Shown here one piece after another: positions 1-11,019 of a stretch of DNA of 60,000 nucleotides (positions within the stretch are counted from its first letter, which is position 1; each line of letters starts with the position of its first letter). Below the pieces are notes generated by a model. That model was not told the origin of the DNA and searched no databases. It saw only the letters and a program-made list of their open reading frames with translations. Position numbers and translations under genes: made by a program. The DNA lies in the NCBI RefSeq assembly GCF_963921235.1, contig NW_026948144.1:1-60000 (forward strand), given 5' to 3'. This DNA comes from Mobula hypostoma. Its lineage: Eukaryota.

Positions 1-167
1 CATTTCAGAATCATGTGGGAAGTAAACCTAAGGTGTTTCCATTAGCTTTGCAGTCAGTACTTTGGTGTAAAATTGAAATGTATACTACTTGTACTGTCAA
101 AGCATTGTGTGCACTGAGAAATCAACTTTTTTGTCTTACACTGCAGTGACATGAAACAGCTTTCAGA

Positions 168-334
168 CATCTCAGAATCATGTGGGAAGTTAACCTAAGG
201 TGTTTCCATTAGCTTTGCAGTAAGTACTTTGCTGTGAAATTGAAATGTATACTACTTGTATTGTCAAAGCATTGTATGCACTGAGAAATCAACTTTTTTG
301 TCTTACACTGCACAGGCATGAAACAGCTTTCAGA
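168..334 (+). repeat. Representative class A (consensus-type) 167-bp monomer
   Basis: Carries cagtAagtactttgCtgtGaaa, gagaaaTcaac and ctgcacaggc. This is the most common monomer state on reading. Confidence 0.93.
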
Positions 335-501
335 CATCTCAGAATCATGTGGGAAGTTAACCTAAGGTGTTTCCATTAGCTTTGCAGTAAGCACTTTGCT
401 GTGAAATTGAAGTGTATACTACTTGTATTGTCAAAGCATTGTATGCACTGAGAAATCAACTTTTTTGTCTTACACTGCACAGGCATGAAACAGCTTTCAG
501 A

Positions 502-668
502 CATCTCAGAATCATGTGGGAAGTTAACCTAAGGTGTTTACATTAGGTTTGCAGTCAGTACTTTGGTGTAAAATTGAAATGTATACTACTGGTATTGTCA
601 AAGCATTGTATGTACTGAGAGAACAACTTTTTTGTCTTACACTGCACAGGCATGAAACAGCTTTCAGA
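502..668 (+). repeat. Representative class B 167-bp monomer
   Basis: Carries cagtCagtactttgGtgtAaaa, here with tttAcattagGttt, ctactGgtatt and gTactgagaGAac. The C/G/A triplet co-occurs in many monomers across the window. Confidence 0.9.
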
Positions 669-3600
669 CATCTTAGAATCAGGTGGGAAGTTAACTAAAG
701 GTGTTTCCATTAGCTTTGCAGTAAGTACTTTGCTGTCAAATTGAAATGTATACTACTTGTATTGTCAAAGCATTGTATGCACTGAGAAATCAACTTTTTT
801 GTCTTACACTGCACAGGCATGAAACAGCTTTCAGACATCTCAGAATCATGTGGGAAGTTAACCTAAGGTGTTTCCATTAGCTTTGCAGTAAGCACTTTGC
901 TGTGAAATTGAAGTGTATACTACTTGTATTGTCAAAGCATTGTATGCACTGAGAAATCAACTTTTTTGTCTTACACTGCACAGGCATGAAACAGCTTTCA
1001 GACATCTCAGAATCATGTGGGAAGTTAACCGAAAGTGTTTCCATTAGATTTGCAGTCAGTACTTTGGTGTAAAATTGAAATGTATACTACTGGTATTGTC
1101 AAAGCATTGTATGCACTGAGAAAACAACTTTTTTGTCTTACACTGCACAGGCATGAAACAGCTTTCAGACACTTCAGAATCATGTGGGAAGTAAACCTAA
1201 GGTGTTTCCATTAGCTTTGCAGTCAGTACTTTGGTGTAAAATTGAAATGTATACTACTTGTATTGTCAAAGCATTGTATGCACTGAGAAATCAACTTTTT
1301 TGTCTTACACTGCACAGGCATGAAACAGCTTTCAGACATCTCAGAATCATGTGGGAAGTTAACCTAAGGTGTTTCCATTAGCTTTGCAGTAAGTACTTTG
1401 CTGTGAAATTGAAATGTATACTACTTGTATTGTCAAAGCATTGTATGCACTGAGAAATCAACTTTTTTGTCTTACACTGCAGTGACATGAAACAACTTTC
1501 AAACATCTCAGAATCATGTGGGAAGTTAACCGAAAGTGTTTCCATTAGATTTGCAGTCAGTACTTTGGTGTAAAATTGAAATGTATACTACTTGTATTGT
1601 CAAAGCATTGTATGTACTGAGAGAACAACTTTTTTGTCTTACACTGCACAGGCATGAAACAGCTTTCAGACATCTCAGAATCATGTGGGAAGTTAACCTA
1701 AGGTGTTTACATTAGGTTTGCAGTCAGTACTTTGGTGTAAAATTGAAATGTATACTACTGGTATTGTCAAAGCATTGTATGCACTGAGAAAACAACTTTT
1801 TTGTCTTACACTGCACAGGCATGAAACAGCTTTCAGACATCTCAGAATCATGTGGGAAGTTAACCTAAGGTGTTTCCATTAGCTTTGCAGTAAGTACTTT
1901 GCTGTGAAATTGAAATGTATACTACTTGTATTGTCAAAGCATTGTATGCACTGAGAAATCAACTTTTTTGTCTTACACTGCAGTGACATGAAACAACTTT
2001 CAGACATCTCAGAATCATGTGGGAAGTTAACCTAAGGTGTTTACATTAGGTTTGCAGTCAGTACTTTGGTGTAAAATTGAAATGTATACTACTTGTATTG
2101 TCAAAGCATTGTATGCACTGAGAAAACAACTTTTTTGTCTTACACTGCACAGGCATGAAACAGCTTTCAGACATCTCAGAATCATGTGGGAAGTTAACCT
2201 AAGGTGTTTCCATTAGGTTTGCAGTAAGTACTTTGCTGTGAAATTGAAATGTATACTACTTGTATTGTCAAAGCATTGTGTGCACTGAGAAATCAACTTT
2301 TTTGTCTTACACTGCAGTGACATGAAACAGCTTTCAGACATCTCAGAATCATGTGGGAAGTTAACCTAAGGTGTTTCCATTAGCTTTGCAGTCAGTACTT
2401 TGGTGTAAAATTGAAATGTATACTACTTGTACTGTCAAAGCATTGTGTGCACTGAGAAATCAACTTTTTTGTCTTACACTGCACAGGCATGAAACAGCTT
2501 TCAGACATCTCAGAATCATGTGGGAAGTTAACCTAAGGTGTTTCCATTAGCTTTGCAGTAAGTACTTTGCTGTGAAATTGAAATGTATACTACTTGTATT
2601 GTCAAAGCATTGTATGCACTGAGAAATCAACTTTTTTGTCTTACACTGCACAGGCATGAAACAGCTTTCAGACATCTCAGAATCATGTGGGAAGTTAACC
2701 TAAGGTGTTTCCATTAGATTTGCAGTAAGTACTTTGCTGTAAAATTGAAATGTATACTACTTGTATTGTCAAAGCATTGTATGCACTGAGAAAACAACTT
2801 TTTTGTCTTACACTGCACAGGCATGAAACAGCTTTCAGACATCTCAGAATCATGTGGGAAGTTAACCTAAGGTGTTTCCATTAGCTTTGCAGTAAGTACT
2901 TTGCTGTGAAATTGAAATGTATACTACTTGTATTGTCAAAGCATTGTATGCACTGAGAAATCAACTTTTTTGTCTTACACTGCACAGGCATGAAACAGCT
3001 TTCAGACATCTCAGAATCATGTGGGAAGTTAACCTAAGGTGTTTCCATTAGCTTTGCAGTAAGTACTTTGCTGTAAATTGAAATGTATACTACTTGTATT
3101 GTCAAAGCATTGTATGCACTGAGAAATCAACTTTTTTGTCTTACACTGCACAGGCATGAAACAGCTTTCAGACATCTCAGAATCATGTGGGAAGTTAACC
3201 TAAGGTGTTTCCATTAGCTTTGCAGTAAGTACTTTGCTGTGAAATTGAAAGTATACTACTTGTATTGTCAAAGCATTGTATGCACTGAGAAATCAACTTT
3301 TTTGTCTTACACTGCAGTGACATGAAACAACTTTCAGACATCTCAGAATCATGTGGGAAGTTAACCGAAAGTGTTTCCATTAGATTTGCAGTCAGTACTT
3401 TGGTGTAAAATTGAAATGTATACTACTGGTATTGTCAAAGCATTGTATGCACTGAGAAAACAACTTTTTTGTCTTACACTGCACAGGCATGAAACAGCTT
3501 TCAGACACTTCAGAATCATGTGGGAAGTAAACCTAAGGTGTTTCCATTAGCTTTGCAGTCAGTACTTTGGTGTAAAATTGAAATGTATACTACTTGTATT

Positions 3601-6600
3601 GTCAAAGCATTGTATGCACTGAGAAATCAACTTTTTTGTCTTACACTGCACAGGCATGAAACAGCTTTCAGACATCTCAGAATCATGTGGGAAGTTAACC
3701 TAAGGTGTTTCCATTAGCTTTGCAGTAAGTACTTTGCTGTGAAATTGAAATGTATACTACTTGTATTGTCAAAGCATTGTATGCACTGAGAAATCAACTT
3801 TTTTTTCTACACTGCACAGGCATGAAACAGCTTTCAGACATCTCAGAATCATGTGGGAAGTTAACCTAAGGTGTTTCCATTAGCTTTGCAGTAAGTACTT
3901 TGGTGTAAAATTGAAATGTATACTACTGGTATTGTCAAAGCATTGTATGCACTGAGAAATCAACTTTTTTGTCTTACACTGCACAGGCATGAAACAGCTT
4001 TCAGACATCTCAGAATCATGTGGGAAGTTAACCTAAGGTGTTTCCATTAGCTTTGCAGTAAGTACTTTGGTGTAAAATTGAAATGTATACTACTTGTATT
4101 GTCAAAGCATTGTATGCACTGAGAAACAACTTTTTTGTCTTACACTGCACAGGCATGAAACAGCTTTCAGACATCTCAGAATCATGTGGGAAGTTAACCT
4201 AAGGTGTTTCCATTAGCTTTGCAGTAAGTACTTTGCTGTGAAATTGAAATGTATACTACTTGTACTGTCAAAGCATTGTATGCACTGAGAAATCAACTTT
4301 TTTGTCTTACACTGCAGTGACATGAAACAACTTTCAAACATCTCAGAATCATGTGGGAAGTTAACCTAAGGTGTTTACATTAGGTTTGCAGTCAGTACTT
4401 TGGTGTAAAATTGAAATGTATACTACTGGTATTGTCAAAGCATTGTATGCACTGAGAAAACAACTTTTTTGTCTTACACTGCACAGGCATGAAACAGCTT
4501 TCAGACATCTCAGAATCATGTGGGAAGTTAACCTAAGGTGTTTCCATTAGCTTTGCAGTAAGTACTTTGCTGTAAAATTGAAATGTATACTACTTGTATT
4601 GTCAAAGCATTGTATGCACTGAGAAAACAACTTTTTTGTCTTACACTGCACAGGCATGAAACAGCTTTCAGACATCTCAGAATCATGTGGGAAGTTAACC
4701 TAAGGTGTTTCCATTAGCTTTGCTGTAAGTACTTTGCTGTGAAATTGAAATGTATACTACTTGTATTGTCAAAGCATTGTATGCACTGAGAAATCAACTT
4801 TTTTGTCTTACACTGCAGTGACATGAAACAACTTTCAGACATCTCAGAATCATGTGGGAAGTTAACCTAAGGTGTTTCCATTAGGTTTGCTGTCAGTACT
4901 TTGGTGTAAAATTGAAATGTATACTACTTGTATTGTCAAAGCATTGTATGCACTGAGAAAACAACTTTTTTGTCTTACACTGCACAGGCATGAAACAGCT
5001 TTCAGACATCTCAGAATCATGTGGGAAGTTAACCTAAGGTGTTTACATTAGGTTTGCAGTCAGTACTTTGGTGTAAAATTGAAATGTATACTACTTGTAT
5101 TGTCAAAGCATTGTATGCACTGAGAAAACAACTTTTTTGTCTTACACTGCACAGGCATGAAACAGCTTTCAGACATCTCAGAATCATGTGGGAAGTTAAC
5201 CTAAGGTGTTTCCATTAGCTTTGCAGTAAGTACTTTGCTGTGAAATTGAAATTTATACTACTTGTATTGTCAAAGCATTGTATGCACTGAGAAATCAACT
5301 TTTTTGTCTTACACTGCACAGGCATGAAACAGCTTTCAGACATCTCAGAATCATGTGGGAAGTTAACCGAAAGTGTTTCCATTAGCTTTGCAGTCAGTAC
5401 TTTGGTGTAAAATTGAAATGTATACTACTGGTATTGTCAAAGCATTGTATGCACTGAGAAAACAACTTTTTTGTCTTACACTGCACAGGCATGAAACAGC
5501 TTTCAGACATCTCAGAATCATGTGGGAAGTTAACCTAAGGTGTTTCCATTAGGTTTGCAGTCAGTACTTTGGTGTAAAATTGAAATGTATACTACTTGTA
5601 TTGTCAAAGCATTGTGTGCACTGAGAAATCAACTTTTTTGTCTTACACTGCAGTGACATGAAACAGCTTTCAGACATCTCAGAATCATGTGGGAAGTTAA
5701 CCTAAGGTGTTTCCATTAGATTTGCAGTCAGTACTTTGGTGTAAAATTGAAATGTATACTACTTGTATTGTCAAAGCATTGTATGCACTGAGAAAACAAC
5801 TTTTTTGTCTTACACTGCACAGGCATGAAACAGCTTTCAGACATCTCAGAATCATGTGGGAAGTTAACCTAAGGTGTTTCCATTAGCTTTGCAGTAAGTA
5901 CTTTGCTGTGAAATTGAAATGTATACTACTTGTATTGTCAAAGCATTGTATGCACTGAGAAATCAACTTTTTTGTCTTACACTGCAGTGACATGAAACAA
6001 CTTTCAGACATCTCAGAATCATGTGGGAAGTTAACCTAAGGTGTTTCCATTAGCTTTGCAGTAAGTACTTTGCTGTGAAATTGAAATGTATACTACTTGT
6101 ATTGTCAAAGCATTGTATGCACTGAGAAATCAACTTTTTTGTCTTACACTGCACAGGCATGAAACAGCTTTCAGACATCTCAGAATCATGTGGGAAGTTA
6201 ACCTAAGGTGTTTACATTAGCTTTGCAGTAAGCACTTTGCTGTGAAATTGAAGTGTATACTACTTGTATTGTCAAAGCATTGTATGCACTGAGAAATCAA
6301 CTTTTTTGTCTTACACTGCACAGGCATGAAACAGCTTTCAGACATCTCAGAATCATGTGGGAAGTTAACCTAAGGTGTTTCCATTAGCTTTGCAGTAAGC
6401 ACTTTGCTGTGAAATTGAAGTGTATACTACTTGTATTGTCAAAGCATTGTATGCACTGAGAAATCAACTTTTTTGTCTTACACTGCACAGGCATGAAACA
6501 GCTTTCAGACATCTCAGAATCATGTGGGAAGTTAACCTAAGGTGTTTACATTAGGTTTGCAGTCAGTACTTTGGTGTAAAATTGAAATGTATACTACTGG

Positions 6601-9600
6601 TATTGTCAAAGCATTGTATGCACTGAGAGAACAACTTTTTTGTCTTACACTGCACAGGCATGAAACAGCTTTCAGACATCTTAGAATCAGGTGGGAAGTT
6701 AACTAAAGGTGTTTCCATTAGCTTTGCAGTAAGTACTTTGCTGTCAAATTGAAATGTATACTACTTGTATTGTCAAAGCATTGTATGCACTGAGAAATCA
6801 ACTTTTTTGTCTTACACTGCACAGGCATGAAACAGCTTTCAGACATCTCAGAATCATGTGGGAAGTTAACCTAAGGTGTTTCCATTAGCTTTGCAGTAAG
6901 TACTTTGCTGTGAAATTGAAATGTATACTACTTGTATTGTCAAAGCATTGTATGCACTGAGAAATCAACTTTTTTGTCTTACACTGCACAGGCATGAAAC
7001 AGCTTTCAGACATCTCAGAATCATGTGGGAAGTTAACCTAAGGTGTTTACATTAGCTTTGCAGTAAGTACTTTGCTGTGAAATTGAAATGTATACTACTT
7101 GTATTGTCAAAGCATTGTGTGCACTGAGAAATCAACTTTTTTGTCTTACACTGCAGTGACATGAAACAGCTTTCAGACATCTCAGAATCATGTGGGAAGT
7201 TAACCTAAGGTGTTTCCATTAGCTTTGCAGTAAGTACTTTGCTGTGAAATTGAAATGTATACTACTTGTATTGTCAAAGCATTGTATGCACTGAGAAATC
7301 AACTTTTTTGTCTTACACTGCACAGGCATGAAACAGCTTTCAGACATCTCAGAATCATGTGGGAAGTTAACCTAAGGTGTTTCCATTAGCTTTGCAGTAA
7401 GCACTTTGCTGTGAAATTGAAGTGTATACTACTTGTATTGTCAAAGCATTGTATGCACAGAGAAATCAACTTTTTTGTCTAACACTGCAGTGACATGAAA
7501 CAACTTTCAAACATCTCAGAATCATGTGGGAAGTTAACCGAAAGTGTTTCCATTAGATTTGCAGTCAGTACTTTGGTGTAAAATTGAAATGTATACTACT
7601 GGTATTGTCAAAGCATTGTATGTACTGAGAGAACAACTTTTTTGTCTTACACTGCACAGGCATGAAACAGCTTTCAGACATCTCAGAATCATGTGGGAAG
7701 TTAACCTAAGGTGTTTCCATTAGCTTTGCAGTAAGTACTTTGGTGTAAAATTGAAATGTATACTACTTGTATTGTCAAAGCATTGTATGCACTGAGAAAT
7801 CAACTTTTTTGTCTTACACTGCACAGGCATGAAACAGCTTTCAGACACTTCAGAATCATGTGGGAAGTAAACCTAAGGTGTTTCCATTAGCTTTGCAGTC
7901 AGTACTTTGGTGTAAAATTGAAATGTATACTACTTGTATTGTCAAAGCATTGTATGCACTGAGAAATCAACTTTTTTGTCTTACACTGCACAGGCATGAA
8001 ACAGCTTTCAGACATCTCAGAATCATGTGGGAAGTTAACCTAAGGTGTTTCCATTAGCTTTGCAGTAAGTACTTTGCTGTGAAATTGAAATGTATACTAC
8101 TTGTATTGTCAAAGCATTGTATGCACTGAGAAATCAACTTTTTTGTCTTACACTGCACAGGCATGAAACAGCTTTCAGACATCTCAGAATCATGTGGGAA
8201 GTTAACCTAAGGTGTTTCCATTAGCTTTGCAGTAAGTACTTTGCTGTGAAATTGAAATGTATACTACTTGTATTGTCAAAGCATTGTATGCACTGAGAAA
8301 TCAACTTTTTTGTCTAACACTGCAGTGACATGAAACAACTTTCAAACATCTCAGAATCATGTGGGAAGTTAACCGAAAGTGTTTCCATTAGATTTGCAGT
8401 CAGTACTTTGGTGTAAAATTGAAATGTATACTACTGGTATTGTCAAAGCATTGTATGCACTGAGAAAACAACTTTTTTGTCTTACACTGCACAGGCATGA
8501 AACAGCTTTCAGACACTTCAGAATCATGTGGGAAGTAAACCTAAGGTGTTTCCATTAGCTTTGCAGTCAGTACTTTGGTGTAAAATTGAAATGTATACTA
8601 CTTGTATTGTCAAAGCATTGTATGTACTGAGAGAACAACTTTTTTGTCTTACACTGCACAGGCATGAAACAGCTTTCAGACATCTCAGAATCATGTGGGA
8701 AGTTAACCTAAGGTGTTTCCATTAGCTTTGCAGTAAGTACTTTGCTGTGAAATTGAAATGTATACTACTTGTATTGTCAAAGCATTGTATGCACTGAGAA
8801 ATCAACTTTTTTGTCTTACACTGCAGTGACATGAAACAACTTTCAGACATCTCAGAATCATGTGGGAAGTTAACCTAAGGTGTTTACATTAGGTTTGCAG
8901 TCAGTACTTTGGTGTAAAATTGAAATGTATACTACTTGTATTGTCAAAGCATTGTGTGCACTGAGAAATCAACTTTTTTGTCTTACACTGCAGTGACATG
9001 AAACAGCTTTCAGACATCTCAGAATCATGTGGGAAGTTAACCTAAGGTGTTTCCATTAGCTTTGCAGTAAGTACTTTGGTGTAAAATTGAAATGTATACT
9101 ACTTGTATTGTCAAAGCATTGTATGCACTGAGAAATCAACTTTTTTGTCTTACACTGCACAGGCATGAAACAGCTTTCAGACATCTCAGAATCATGTGGG
9201 AAGTTAACCTAAGGTGTTTACATTAGGTTTGCAGTCAGTACTTTGGTGTAAAATTGAAATGTATACTACTGGTATTGTCAAAGCATTGTATGCACTGAGA
9301 AAACAACTTTTTTGTCTTACACTGCACAGGCATGAAACAGCTTTCAGACATCTCAGAATCATGTGGGAACTTAACCTAAGGTGTTTACATTAGCTTTGCA
9401 GTAAGCACTTTGCTGTGAAATTGAAGTGTATACTACTTGTATTGTCAAAGCATTGTATGCACTGAGAAATCAACTTTTTTGTCTTACACTGCACAGGCAT
9501 GAAACAGCTTTCAGACATCTCAGAATCATGTGGGAAGTTAACCTAAGGTGTTTCCATTAGCTTTGCAGTAAGTACTTTGCTGTGAAATTGAAATGTATAC

Positions 9601-10956
9601 TACTTGTATTGTCAAAGCATTGTATGCACTGAGAAATCAACTTTTTTGTCTTACACTGCACAGGCATGAAACAGCTTTCAGACATCTCAGAATCATGTGG
9701 GAAGTTAACCTAAGGTGTTTCCATTAGCTTTGCAGTAAGTACTTTGCTGTAAAATTGAAATGTATACTACTTGTATTGTCAAAGCATTGTATGCACTGAG
9801 AAATCAACTTTTTTGTCTTACACTGCACAGGCATGAAACAGCTTTCAGACATCTCAGAATCATGTGGGAAGTTAACCTAGGGTGTTTCCATTAGCTTTGC
9901 AGTAAGCACTTTGCTGTGAAATTGAAATGTATACTACTTGTATTGTCAAAGCATTGTATGCACTGAGAAATCAACTTTTTTGTCTTACACTGCAGTGACA
10001 TGAAACAACTTTCAGACATCTCAGAATCATGTGGGAAGTTAACCTAAGGTGTTTACATTAGGTTTGCAGTCAGTACTTTGGTGTAAAATTGAAATGTATA
10101 CTACTTGTATTGTCAAAGCATTGTATGCACTGAGAAAACAACTTTTTTGTCTTACACTGCACAGGCATGAAACAGCTTTCAGACATCTCAGAATCATGTG
10201 GGAAGTTAACCTAAGGTGTTTCCATTAGCTTTGCAGTAAGTACTTTGCTGTGAAATTGAAATGTATACTACTTGTATTGTCAAAGCATTGTATGCACTGA
10301 GAAATCAACTTTTTTGTCTTACACTGCACAGGCATGAAACAGCTTTCAGACATCTCAGAATCATGTGGGAAGTTAACCTAAGGTGTTTCCATTAGCTTTG
10401 CAGTAAGTACTTTGCTGTGAAATTGAAATGTATACTACTTGTATTGTCAAAGCATTGTATGCACTGAGAAATCAACTTTTTTGTCTTACACTGCAGTGCA
10501 TGAAACAACTTTCAGACATCTCAGAATCATGTGGGAAGTTAACCTAAGGTGTTTCCATTAGTTTGCAGTCAGTACTTTGGTGTAAAATTGAAATGTATAC
10601 TACTGGTATTGTCAAAGCATTGTATGCACTGAGAAAACAACTTTTTTGTCTTACACTGCACAGGCATGAAACAGCTTTCAGACATCTCAGAATCATGTGG
10701 GAAGTTAACCTAAGGTGTTTCCATTAGCTTTGCAGTAAGTACTTTGGTGTAAAATTGAAATGTATACTACTTGTATTGTCAAAGCATTGTATGCACTGAG
10801 AAACAACTTTTTTGTCTTACACTGCACAGGCATGAAACAGCTTTCAGACATCTCAGAATCATGTGGGAAGTTAACCTAAGGTGTTTCCATTAGCTTTGCA
10901 GTAAGTACTTTGCTGTGAAATTGAAATGTATACTACTTGTATTGTAAAGCATTGTA

Positions 10957-11019
10957 TGCACGAGAAATCAACTTTTTTGTCTACACTGCACTGAGAGAAT
11001 CAACTTTTTTGTCTTACAC
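10957..11019 (+). repeat. Internal tandem duplication of about 32 bp within one monomer (10849-11039, 191 bp)
   Basis: tgcacgagaaatcaacttttttgtctacac is followed directly by tgcactgagagaatcaacttttttgtcttacac. Confidence 0.85.

Noticed and set aside
1..167. Tandem 5S rRNA, tRNA, snRNA or spliced-leader gene array
   Set aside because: I see no recognisable RNA gene sequence, cloverleaf or Pol III A/B/C boxes. The T6 tract alone is insufficient. An Rfam search would settle it.
1..167. Canonical CENP-B box or primate alpha satellite
   Set aside because: The CENP-B box needs TTCG and CGGG cores, but the consensus has no CpG, and the sequence does not resemble alpha satellite.
1..167. 10-bp phased A/T tracts as a nucleosome-positioning or curvature signal
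   Set aside because: Some tracts are about 10-11 bp apart and others are out of phase. This is not convincing without computation.
3195..3380. Minus-strand 61-aa ORF
   Set aside because: It is a chance frame opened by a 1-bp deletion near 3250 in the satellite.
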